From assembly GCA_963772455.1 (NCBI GenBank), contig CAVYXJ010000009.1:32001-96000 (forward strand): a DNA stretch of 64,000 nt, read 5' to 3'. Each line of letters begins with the position of its first letter. Position 1 is the first letter of the stretch. The notes beneath the pieces are model-generated. The model was not told the DNA's origin, searched no databases, and worked only from the letters and a program-made list of their open reading frames with translations. This DNA comes from Candidatus Bathyarchaeota archaeon. Lineage in GTDB: Archaea > Thermoproteota > Bathyarchaeia > Bathyarchaeales > Bathycorpusculaceae. The position numbers and the translations under genes are program-made. Positions 21,387 through 31,259 of this stretch are shown piece by piece.

Positions 21387-21659
21387 TTAATCTTTAAGTT
21401 TGAACAGAAGTACAGCAACTACTGTAGTCATTGTTCCTAACCAGAATATTAGGTCAACAATCAAGTTAAGTATGTTAACACTCCAATTGTCAACGGGTCC
21501 TGCAAAAGTGCTTAACGTATTTGTTCCCCATGTTAAGGGCAATCCATAATCTACGTGGACATAATCGGGCCAGTTGTAGGTAACTCCAACTATCAATGCC
21601 AAGGACGTTACAAAAATCCAGATCAATAGAAACATCAATATCAGAAATTTTTTTCTCAT
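21387..21659 (-). CDS. Small two-TM membrane protein
   Basis: TM, loop with YGLPLTW, TM. Confidence 0.7.
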   Translation of the reverse strand: MRKKFLILMFLLIWIFVTSLALIVGVTYNWPDYVHVDYGLPLTWGTNTLSTFAGPVDNWSVNILNLIVDLIFWLGTMTTVVAVLLFKLKD

Positions 21660-21797
21660 AAAGAAAACTAAAACTGACTCTCCCTAAAAAGTTTGTCCAA
21701 GCAAATCAAATCCATCTGTTCTAACTCATAGACACACTGTTCTGTTGATTAGTATAATATTAGACGCAGGTATTATCACATACCAAGGTAACAAGAA

Positions 21798-23720
21798 ATG
21801 ATTCAACAAGAAGTCAAAAAGAAAATGCGAATTTACGGCACAGCAGCAGTTCTAGCCGCAATGGTCCTAGTATCAGTAGTTTTCGTTTTAGGTTCAACAC
21901 CAGGTTTAACACCCCTAACAAATCAACCAGCGACTTCAAATTTGAGAACTTTTACAGATGAATCTGAACTTAGAAACTTTCTACTCACCAACAGTCAAGG
22001 AAGCACCAATTACGCCGGTGGACCTTTGGATTCAAAATTTTTAGGAGAAGGTTCACGTGATGCTTCATTTACGACAGCTGCCCCAACCATGGCATCTGAA
22101 TCCGCTTCCCAAGGCAATTCTCATTCAACAACAAACATCCAAGTAGCAGGTGTTGACGAAGCAGACATCGTAAAAAATGATGGTAGCTACCTCTATGTTG
22201 CATCCAACGATAATTCAAACTACATTTACATTCTAAAAGCTGATCCACAAGACCCAAGAACAATTTCAAGAATAACCCTTGACAACAACGTATACTTGGC
22301 AGGAATGTACCTAAGTCAAGACAGCAATAAACTCGTCGTTATAGGCAGCGAATACCAAGTTTACGCCCTCGATATAATGGCTCCGCGTGAAGGATATATT
22401 TCCCCCTACCTCAACGAAGTCAGAACATTTGTCAATGTTTACGACGTATCAGACAAAGTTAACCCAATACTTGCAAGAAACTTCACATTGAGCGGCAGCT
22501 ACTTCAACAGCCGAATGATCGGTGACTACGTATACGCCATAGTCAGCCAACCAGCCTACATCTTAGAAAACAACGCATTGCCTCTACCAACAGTCTATGC
22601 AGATGCAGCAACCTCAGAAATAGCCCCCTCAAAAATATACTACTCAGACTCGGCAAACTACTCCGACATAGCCAACAACTACTTCACTTACACAACATTT
22701 GTCGGCTTAAACATAAACGATAACGCAGAAAAACTGACAAATATGACAGTTTTGATGGGAGGAGCAAGCACCATGTATGTTTCACTCGACAACATTTACG
22801 TTACTTATCCAACATGGAGCGAAGCAGGAGATTATACTTCAATCTACCGAGTTAGCGTAAACAAAGACGTTTTAACATTTGAAACCAAAGGAAGCGTACC
22901 AGGTTACATCTTAAACCAATATTCAATGGATGAATACAACAGTAACTTTAGAATTGCAACAACCTCACAAAAACAACAAAGCAGCAGCAACATTTACGTA
23001 TTAAACATGAATTTGACCGTTGTCGGAAAAATAGAAAACCTAGCTGTAACCGAAACAATCTACTCAGCTAGATTCATGGGCAACAAAGCATACTTAGTTA
23101 CTTTTAGACAAACAGACCCATTCTTCGTGATCGATCTCAGCAACCCAACAGAACCAAAAGTCGCAGGAGAACTCAAAATCCCAGGATACTCAAGCTACCT
23201 CCACATGTACGACGAGAACCACGTCATTGGCCTTGGCATGGAAAACAACACAGTAAAACTATCGCTATTTGATGTAACAAACGTGAACAACCCAACAGAA
23301 ATAGCAAAATACATTGTTCAAGGTGACTACACATCATCAGACGCGCTTTACGATCCAAAAGCATTCCTATTCGACAATGCAAAAGAATTACTAGTTATTC
23401 CAGTCTCAATTACCCAATATGGAGTTATTAATAGCGGAAACGTAGTTCCTCCAAGCGGCAAAGATGTTGGAATAGCTCCTCTACAAGGCGGCTACTGGCA
23501 AGGAGCCTACGTGTTCAAACTAACTCCCGCAGGTTTCGAATTAGAAGGCGGCATAACACACCAAGAAACCACAAACCAACAAAACTATTACGGCGACTAT
23601 AACCTAAGCGTTATCAGAGCTCTATACATCGATAACACGCTTTATACAATATCCAATGGAAAAGTCAAACTCAACAGCCTAACAGACCTTACACAAATCG
23701 CAGAAATCATTATCAAATAA
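21798..23720 (+). CDS. Secreted beta-propeller domain protein (Beta_propel family)
   Basis: STTNIQVAGVDEADIVKNDG; NQYSMDEY; IYSARFMG..AYLVTFRQTDPFFVIDL; GELKIPGYSSYLH. Confidence 0.92.
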   Translation: MIQQEVKKKMRIYGTAAVLAAMVLVSVVFVLGSTPGLTPLTNQPATSNLRTFTDESELRNFLLTNSQGSTNYAGGPLDSKFLGEGSRDASFTTAAPTMASESASQGNSHSTTNIQVAGVDEADIVKNDGSYLYVASNDNSNYIYILKADPQDPRTISRITLDNNVYLAGMYLSQDSNKLVVIGSEYQVYALDIMAPREGYISPYLNEVRTFVNVYDVSDKVNPILARNFTLSGSYFNSRMIGDYVYAIVSQPAYILENNALPLPTVYADAATSEIAPSKIYYSDSANYSDIANNYFTYTTFVGLNINDNAEKLTNMTVLMGGASTMYVSLDNIYVTYPTWSEAGDYTSIYRVSVNKDVLTFETKGSVPGYILNQYSMDEYNSNFRIATTSQKQQSSSNIYVLNMNLTVVGKIENLAVTETIYSARFMGNKAYLVTFRQTDPFFVIDLSNPTEPKVAGELKIPGYSSYLHMYDENHVIGLGMENNTVKLSLFDVTNVNNPTEIAKYIVQGDYTSSDALYDPKAFLFDNAKELLVIPVSITQYGVINSGNVVPPSGKDVGIAPLQGGYWQGAYVFKLTPAGFELEGGITHQETTNQQNYYGDYNLSVIRALYIDNTLYTISNGKVKLNSLTDLTQIAEIIIK

Positions 23721-24025
23721 ATTTCTTTTCTTTTTTAATTAAAAAAAAATTATTATCACGGTTTTTTCCATTAATCAAATATGTTAATTTTTTTTTGAAA
23801 CTCAGGTATGCAGAAATTAAATTGTTCAACGTAATAACCCATCTTTTCCTACTTTTTGATTGCCACCCAAAAAAATGGTTTTCCCTAAGCAAAACTAAAA
23901 TTTGGCAACGCCCCTAATATTATAGAAAACAATATCAGTTCAATCAAAAACCATTCTAAGCCAAAAATATTAAGGAGTTTGCTTTTTGAAAAGAAATATA
24001 CAGAACATAGAGGAAAAGATTAAGA

Positions 24026-25120
24026 ATGTCAGTTTTTGCCTTTGACCAAGATACAATAAGTACGATTCGGTATTTACTGGCACTCCATCGCTTTAAAGAG
24101 TATTTAGTTGGACCTAAAGGACTATACGAAAATCTTTGCTCAGTATCTTTCAATAGAGTACTAATCCAGACCAGCCTAAAATTCACAAAGTTTCAGAAGG
24201 AAAATCCAAGTGATATAAAACCCTATGAGGTCATCCGTTTCTTGGAGCAGAAAAGCCATATCAACCCTTCGACAGCCCAAAAACTCAGAGAATACGTGGA
24301 TTTTTACGACCTCCTTATGAACCCTAATTCTCAAATCGACCAAAAAAAGATTAACCTTAAAGCTCAAGAAATATTGCGGTTTCTTTGCACTGAGGCAGGC
24401 TTGAACCAAGATAAAGAACTCAGAAATAGAACATTTGAGGATATAGCAACTCTTGGAACAAAGCTACCTTCTGCAAATGAGAAATACGAGAAGCTTGATG
24501 ATTCTGATTTTGACAATTTAAATAAACTTTATGAGAAGTGTCCAGCTTTGCAACTGGAAATAGGAAAAAAGTTAACACCCTCATTACAGGCTGCTCAAAT
24601 ATCAGGCTTTACGCCCAATACTGGCGGAATTTTGCTACCTTTTCTGACACATGAAACAAAGGATAATAGTGCCCTCTTTGAAAAGGCAAATGTTGGAGTA
24701 ACATTTACACCAGTTGATATTAGGATAGGATTGAACTTCGGAAGTCAAGCTCACAAGTACAAGATACGATATTACGAAATGCTTCTAAATGGAGAATTAA
24801 TGAACGAGTTTGAATCGCTCAACCGAAAAGACACTGGTTACTGCCTCTGTGACACTTTTTGGCACTATAACATAAGAAATTTGCAGTCCCTTCAATGGTG
24901 TCTCACCCTGTATGGCAGTACCAAGATTAATATCGAAAATGCAATTGAAGAGACTATTCAGCTAAAAGGAACCCCGCTGACAGCAAACAAATACTTAATC
25001 AGTAAAGTGATTAGAAGAAGCCGGGAAGATTTTGCTTACATTTTAAACGGAATTGTTGAAGAGATTTCCAAGACGCTTAATGAACTTTCCCCTACAATAG
25101 AACGCATCAATAAAGCATAA
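24026..25120 (+). CDS. Hypothetical cytoplasmic protein, 364 aa
   Basis: Long ORF with ATG and GAGG upstream; no recognised motif. Confidence 0.7.
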   Translation: MSVFAFDQDTISTIRYLLALHRFKEYLVGPKGLYENLCSVSFNRVLIQTSLKFTKFQKENPSDIKPYEVIRFLEQKSHINPSTAQKLREYVDFYDLLMNPNSQIDQKKINLKAQEILRFLCTEAGLNQDKELRNRTFEDIATLGTKLPSANEKYEKLDDSDFDNLNKLYEKCPALQLEIGKKLTPSLQAAQISGFTPNTGGILLPFLTHETKDNSALFEKANVGVTFTPVDIRIGLNFGSQAHKYKIRYYEMLLNGELMNEFESLNRKDTGYCLCDTFWHYNIRNLQSLQWCLTLYGSTKINIENAIEETIQLKGTPLTANKYLISKVIRRSREDFAYILNGIVEEISKTLNELSPTIERINKA

Positions 25121-25189
25121 GCTTGAACTCTCGGATGCCTTTCTGGGTGAATTCTCCAAAATTTGGACTTGAAAGTCTAACGTTATTTT

Positions 25190-26989
25190 TTATGGAGGGC
25201 TTTGATTGCTAAAGTCAGTGACCATCCATCTATCATCGCGTATTTCTATTTGAGCAAAGATTGTTTGTCCTGGCAATGTTGAAATGAGTTCATTCCATTG
25301 CTGTGCAGAGATATCTTTAGGTGTAGCTTCAATCCAGGGGTAAGTATTGCTATTCAAACGCAAAATTATATGTGTGGTTCCATCTTGAACATACTCATAA
25401 GAATTTAAAACGTTAGCGGAAATTCTAATATCTGAAGATACAATAGCTCCAAACAGTTTAGCGTATTCAAGTCTTGTTTGCTCCACCAATTGTTCACTAG
25501 TTATTCCTTCTTGATTTATAGTTGAAACAATCTTGTTAGTATCCTGCGCATCAACAATTGCGAAACCTGCCAAGTAAATCGTCTCATCACTCTCACCGCT
25601 TCCCTCATTCCAATAAATAGGAACATACCAAGCAAGTCGATTGTTTCCAGGAGTAACTTCAACAGTGTAAAGCAAAGGCATTACAGCGTAATAATCTCCA
25701 GTTGCAGGTTTGGGCAGTCTTCCTTCAACCAGATCTTCCGCCGTCATGCCGGAAATATAGTTTGATTGCTTAAGATCGTAATAAAGAACACCTTCACGAG
25801 TGGCCTTAAACACTCCAGACAGCGTTCTCTGATTTTCGGCTGGATTAACACATACCAAGGCTACAACATCCTTGTTTTCAGGATCTACAACATAACGAGT
25901 ATCCTCAGTCATCTGAAAACGATCCTGACTTGGCGGAACTATCCACAAAAACCCACCCGCAAAATAATCAAAACCATTGCCACGTTTAAAGTTACCAAAC
26001 TCGTTAATCATGTTCTCAAGCCAATCTTCATCGTAAACTTGAGTCATCCATGTTGGAATTTGGCTCAATGTTTTTGGCTCATATTCTAAATTACCTTGAG
26101 AATCATAAGCCAATGGTGTTTCGTATCTTCTTACAAAATCAAATCCCAAATTGTAACTGGTAACAACATAGATCGATTGATTAGTATCCATGTTCCAAGT
26201 CGGATATGACACACCGTAAGTCTTCGTCATATCATCTACATAGTTGCGAAAAGGAATATTTCGGTCCCAAAATAAGCCTTGCCCTACGTTAAATTGGATA
26301 TGCACTATTTTTGGGGCAGCAGCAGGTTCATTTGCATCCACAATAACGAATCCCTTGATGTAGTTTTCTGATATTATATTCGTTGAACCAATCGTTGCAA
26401 CCCACACTAATTTTCCTTCAGGAGACTTTGTAACGTGGCAATCCAATACCTGCGTGTTGCTACCAAACTCGGACATGTGACGTCTCGCAATCGAAATTGC
26501 TAGTTCTTGAGTCACCAAACGTACCATGTTATCCGGAATTGTGGTGCTAAAAGGTAAACCTGAAGTTTGTTGAATAAAACCATTGAAGTAATTGGCATTT
26601 GTTACTCGTTGAACTTCGCCAAACACTGTTATTCCGGATATCGAAACCAAAAAGATAGCAACCAAAATAATTCCAAGAAGTGTTCTTCTTTGTTTGAGCT
26701 TAAACTGAAACAGCGGTAATTGGCCTGATCGGAAATTGTTATCAAATTGCTCGACTTTAAAAAGTTTCATGGAAACAAAGTATTCAAAGAATGCTACGGC
26801 AAACCTTGAAAAAAACAGGAAATAAACAAATGTGCTAAGAGGAGTCTGGACAAGGACATTAATTCCAAAAAGAATTAACCCTATTACTAATGAGGCTATT
26901 CGACGAATCGACAAAATCCTAAATTTTGTAGGGGGTAATGGAATGTACCATATTATTGCCCAAATGGCAAGAAAAACCAGTAAATTCAA
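25190..26989 (-). CDS. Membrane protein with N-terminal TM helices and a large extracytoplasmic domain
   Basis: 3-4 TM segments followed by about 470 aa of soluble domain. Confidence 0.75.
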   Translation of the reverse strand: MNLLVFLAIWAIIWYIPLPPTKFRILSIRRIASLVIGLILFGINVLVQTPLSTFVYFLFFSRFAVAFFEYFVSMKLFKVEQFDNNFRSGQLPLFQFKLKQRRTLLGIILVAIFLVSISGITVFGEVQRVTNANYFNGFIQQTSGLPFSTTIPDNMVRLVTQELAISIARRHMSEFGSNTQVLDCHVTKSPEGKLVWVATIGSTNIISENYIKGFVIVDANEPAAAPKIVHIQFNVGQGLFWDRNIPFRNYVDDMTKTYGVSYPTWNMDTNQSIYVVTSYNLGFDFVRRYETPLAYDSQGNLEYEPKTLSQIPTWMTQVYDEDWLENMINEFGNFKRGNGFDYFAGGFLWIVPPSQDRFQMTEDTRYVVDPENKDVVALVCVNPAENQRTLSGVFKATREGVLYYDLKQSNYISGMTAEDLVEGRLPKPATGDYYAVMPLLYTVEVTPGNNRLAWYVPIYWNEGSGESDETIYLAGFAIVDAQDTNKIVSTINQEGITSEQLVEQTRLEYAKLFGAIVSSDIRISANVLNSYEYVQDGTTHIILRLNSNTYPWIEATPKDISAQQWNELISTLPGQTIFAQIEIRDDRWMVTDFSNQSPP

Positions 26990-27110
26990 GTCTCTTCCTC
27001 AAGAGAAAATATAGACCTTTCAATATTTAAAATAAACTAAAAAATAAACCAATTAAGGTTTAAAGAGTTATATTTCAAAAAGATAATATAATTCATTAGG
27101 GAGAATTGGC

Positions 27111-27593
27111 TTGGCTGGTTCAGATTTCATAGTATCGCTGGCTTTATGGTTCTTTCGAGCTTTCATTTCAAGTCTGATTTGTCTGCTAATTGGATACATA
27201 GGAATAAAGTGCATAACCCTTCTAACAACCAAAATCAAAGAGTTCGAGAGCCTCAAGGGTAATTCTTTAGCAACTAGTCTCTTTGTAGGTGGCTTTTTTG
27301 TTTATGCAGGTTTAGTAGTTTATGGCTCAATGGTTAATCCATTCTTTCTATCTCAATCAGTCAATTTAGGCGCTTATTTCAATCTGCAAAGACTTCTGGT
27401 TGTCGCAATCAGTTTCTTTGTAAGCTTATTCTTCGGCGGTTTATTCTACTTAGTTTTTGCAAAACTTCGACCATTCGGCATTGACTTAAATGATATCAAC
27501 AAACATCCATTAGCTATCGGAGTCTATTTGTTTTGCTATGAAGTGTTCTTAGGGCTAATAATGTTAGCAAGCTTAACCCTTCCGATAGGATAA
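27111..27593 (+). CDS. DUF350-like multi-pass membrane protein
   Basis: Two repeats of TM-[KEFESLKGNSLA / DLNDINKHPLA]-TM, typical of DUF350/YjfL. Confidence 0.65.
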   Translation: MAGSDFIVSLALWFFRAFISSLICLLIGYIGIKCITLLTTKIKEFESLKGNSLATSLFVGGFFVYAGLVVYGSMVNPFFLSQSVNLGAYFNLQRLLVVAISFFVSLFFGGLFYLVFAKLRPFGIDLNDINKHPLAIGVYLFCYEVFLGLIMLASLTLPIG

Positions 27594-27606
27594 CTGGCGA
27601 TATCAA

Positions 27607-28420
27607 TTGTCCAGCAAGTTACGACTCCTTTTGTTCTCGTTTCTTTTTATCACATTTTTAACTATAGGACAGACTGTAAAGGGATCTCCTGCTTCTAGCT
27701 TCAATCTACAAGATGGTGATTGGTTTGACAATTTTGGAATAGACAGAAACTACTATGCCGGACTTCACGGATATTTACCCAACCTTGCAACAGAAACACT
27801 CAACGAAAACAAGGAACTTGCTTTCACTATTGGTGAAACATTTTTAGCAGAATATCCAAGTGAGAATGAAAGGGCAGTTGCTATTTTGAAGTATGTTCAG
27901 CAGTGGACAGAATATGGCTATGATAGCGATAATGTTGTCAGAGATGGAGTTGCTCAAGAAGAATGGGCATGGAATGCTGATGAAATGGCTCACGCACTTT
28001 AACCAAGCTACAGGCATTACAGCCGTCGGAGACTGCGAAGACTTGGCTTTCTTATGTGGCACAATCTATGTTGGAGCGGGTTTTGATGCAGCTGTAGTAG
28101 ACGCTCCCGATCATGTTGCTCTTTTAATTTGGCTTCCCGAATTTTCTAACGCAAATAGCTACTGGGACGTTCCCAATGACAATAGAGATGCTGGCTGGAT
28201 TTGGGTTGAAGCCACAGGCAGTTCTAACCCTCTTGGATGGACTCCACCTGACTACCAAGATGGTGGATGGACGGCATACTCGATTGGTTCGTTGGAGTTT
28301 GTTTCTGAACCCCTACCGACTGAGGACACTTCGCCAACAATTAACTTGGATCTTCTTCTGGTAATTGGTTTTATTTTACTTTTAGTTATTCTTGCTCTTT
28401 CGAGGGTACGTAGAAGATAA
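27607..28420 (+). CDS. Secreted transglutaminase-like cysteine protease with C-terminal TM (frameshift near 27997)
   Basis: YGYD...W; GDCEDLA catalytic Cys; DHVAL His; WIWVEAT; signal peptide; C-terminal TM and RVRRR. Confidence 0.75.
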
Positions 28421-28521
28421 TCATAATCTACCATCTTGCAAAAATAAAAATGCATGCGGACTCATAAGAATCACAAAATACTTAACAGCCATTATTCACA
28501 ATCTTCTAATGGCTGCTTCAA

Positions 28522-29577
28522 ATGCTTCGAACCACGCATAAAGCGATCGCCGAAAGAATCGCTTCTGAATTAAGATTCTCTGAAGAAAACACTAAAATTT
28601 TTATAGATGGATCAACTGGACCAGATTCTCAGGGCGATTTTCCTCACGCAACAGGCCACAACAAAAAAACATTACTTAAAATTGACAAAGCTCGAAACCT
28701 ATTTCTACAAAACGATGAATACGCCTATGGTGAGCTTGCAAATGCACTTCACTACATACGGGATAAATGGACCCATAACCCAGAAGTTGAAACAGAACAG
28801 GTTCTAATTTTGGATGACGACAAATTTCTAAAATCAGTCGAGAAGTTAAACATTCCAAAGAAAGTCGCTGAAGAATACATGAGCTTAGCTAACATGCTTC
28901 TCTTCACAAAGAATTCAGGTATCGACTCCTGGTTTGATCATTCTTGGGGAATTTGGCATAGAGATTACTCAAGTTGCGTCTATGTTTTTGCGGACATACT
29001 AGAACTCATGCTACCCACACTCCAACCTGATACCTCAATTACGGGTAACAAAGAAAAGTTGAAAGCTTATGTTAAATCTAAAGCATTCAAAAACGCCACT
29101 CAAAATGGATTCTTCGCTTCCGTCTTAACTAATTTTGTTTACCCCAAACTAGCAGGTTATGCTGCTGCAGTGTACTCTTTGGCATCGCTTAGCCCACCGG
29201 TAGGTTGTAGCAACTCATTGCTTGACCTAAATATAGCTTACAGGTTAAGTCTGGAAATAGCTCGGTACACTCTGATGTCTCCTGAACAATTCAAATACAG
29301 TGACAGTTGGACAAATGGAATAAAAGACGAAAATGAAGAAAGAATTCCTCTTAATTACATATTGCCGCAATATCACGTTTTAATACCTAAACACCAGGAT
29401 GAGGTTCATAAGGAAAGGCTTCAGCTTTTTGATGCCGAAGCCGAGAGCTTTTTAGCAGAATTATCCATGATAAACGAGGTATCTCCAATCTTTAAATGTC
29501 GTTCTGGAACTTGGATCATTCTCTTTTTCAGACTCATTGAGTTGCTTAGAACAAATAGCCCAAAGCAAGAGCCATAA
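28522..29577 (+). CDS. Protein with an N-terminal zinc-dependent phospholipase C/P1-like domain
   Basis: TH(KAIA)...GSTGPD...FPH...LANALHYIRD metal-ligand pattern. Confidence 0.6.
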   Translation: MLRTTHKAIAERIASELRFSEENTKIFIDGSTGPDSQGDFPHATGHNKKTLLKIDKARNLFLQNDEYAYGELANALHYIRDKWTHNPEVETEQVLILDDDKFLKSVEKLNIPKKVAEEYMSLANMLLFTKNSGIDSWFDHSWGIWHRDYSSCVYVFADILELMLPTLQPDTSITGNKEKLKAYVKSKAFKNATQNGFFASVLTNFVYPKLAGYAAAVYSLASLSPPVGCSNSLLDLNIAYRLSLEIARYTLMSPEQFKYSDSWTNGIKDENEERIPLNYILPQYHVLIPKHQDEVHKERLQLFDAEAESFLAELSMINEVSPIFKCRSGTWIILFFRLIELLRTNSPKQEP

Positions 29578-29660
29578 ATTGGCTGACTCTTCACCAATTT
29601 CCCCTCTTCTAAATAGTAATAATGACGAAAATTTATCTGGTGCAACTTTGATATTTACAT

Positions 29661-30143
29661 ATGGAAAATGTCGAATATAATGAGTGGGTTCCTGCAGGAA
29701 CTTTAGTAAAGAGTTTATTTTCAGGCGTTATCTTAATTATCATAGTTGTAACTTTTGCAATTCTAATTTTCAATAAAGAATTTTTAATTGAAGATATTTT
29801 GGGAATTTCATTCGCTTGGGTGGTTTTGGCAATCTTGGCGTTAGTATTCTGGAATTACCGAGGGCTTCAAATAAAAATTAATGACAAGAGTCTCTCGGTA
29901 AATTATGGTCGATTTGATAAAAAGTCCTTTTTACTCAAAGATATTACGTCTTGCAAAACAACCAAAGCGTTTGGCAGATACCTTGGAGTAGGGGTAAGGG
30001 CTGGAATAGACGGGTCAATGGCTTATACAACTTCGTTTGCCAGAGCCGTTGAAGTTACACCCAAGGAAGGCAGAGTGTTTGTCTTTTCCTCTAAAAACCC
30101 TGAGAGAATATGCGAAATCATAAACCTAAAAAATCAAATCTAA
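29661..30143 (+). CDS. Two-TM protein with a bacterial-PH-like C-terminal domain
   Basis: Two TMs, then LSVNYG...GVGVR...VFSSKNPE. Confidence 0.7.
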   Translation: MENVEYNEWVPAGTLVKSLFSGVILIIIVVTFAILIFNKEFLIEDILGISFAWVVLAILALVFWNYRGLQIKINDKSLSVNYGRFDKKSFLLKDITSCKTTKAFGRYLGVGVRAGIDGSMAYTTSFARAVEVTPKEGRVFVFSSKNPERICEIINLKNQI

Positions 30144-30176
30144 AAGTGTTCCCAAGTTACAAACTTTAGGGTCGCT

Positions 30177-30623
30177 TTGATTACTGTAGCCGTAGTTTTG
30201 GTTTATGCCTTTGGAAGTTTCATTGGCGGTAGACTCATCGATAGATTCGGTCGAAAACGTTTCGTTGTTTATACTTGGTTCACAAGAGGCATACTGATTG
30301 CAGCTGTTGTGTTTATGCCCGATGTTTATAGCGCACTTTTTATGTCATTTATCGCAACTTTGATCGGCGGTTTCGCAGTCACGGGATCACATAATTTGAT
30401 TGTTGAACAAGTACCCACATCTCGAGGAACAATGATGTCGATAAACGGAGTCTTCACTTCAATCGGAATCACCATAGGAACCGCATTTGGAGGTCTTGCC
30501 CTTACTCAAGGTTTCCAAATGTTGGGCTTATCACTTGGAATATTCGCAGTCATTGCAGCACTAATAATCTTTATAGCCGCCAAAGAACCTTGCTTACCTT
30601 CTAAAAGCCCAGTTTCGGGTTGA
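30177..30623 (+). pseudogene. C-terminal half of an MFS transporter (truncated)
   Basis: GRLIDRFGRK motif; EQVPTSRGTMM; only about 5 TMs; no N-terminal half upstream. Confidence 0.65.
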
Positions 30624-30629
30624 AAACTG

Positions 30630-31259
30630 CTACTTTTTTTGTGGTGGTGTCATCGTTACAATTAAGTCTCTCGCGGCGCTTGCATACATCACATTTACAG
30701 CGTTTGATGGTGTAATTCTATGTTTTTTACCTGTTATTATTTTATTTAATATGTCTTGTTCCGTGACTGATCCTGGTGGTTTTATATCAATGACCTTGAA
30801 GGGGGCGCTTGTTCTCCTTGCTGAATCTATATCTTCCTCTTTGGAGAAAGGAAACAGATTGTACCCATGAGGTCCAGTTATTGACTCCAAAGTTATAATT
30901 GAAGGCTCGGAAGCTTTCTCCCACATATCTTCTAATGTACTTAGCATTCGCTTAATGTAAGGGTTTGAATTACAATAAAATAATTGAGGATCCAAATTAA
31001 CTTCGTTGATGGAATAGTTTTGAGACTGAAAGAGATGTTTTCCGTCTATTATGGTTACCCCAACATAATTCGCTGGGATATGTTTTACAAGGCCGAATTT
31101 TGAAAATAGTTTGGAGATTTCAAAGTTGTCTCTTGCGACTGGCGCGAGAATTTTGATAAGAACGCCTTGCGACTTAAGACTTTCAAAAATTTTTCTTAAA
31201 TAAATTGAGCGTCTTCGCTTATTGACAATAAATAGCAGGAGTATTGCAGTGACCAACAT
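30630..31259 (-). pseudogene. Internal fragment of a TrmB-like regulator (sugar-binding/PLD-like domain)
   Basis: GVLIKILAP...GVTIIDGKHLFQ...LEDMWEKA; no N-terminal HTH; both ends look foreign. Confidence 0.5.
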
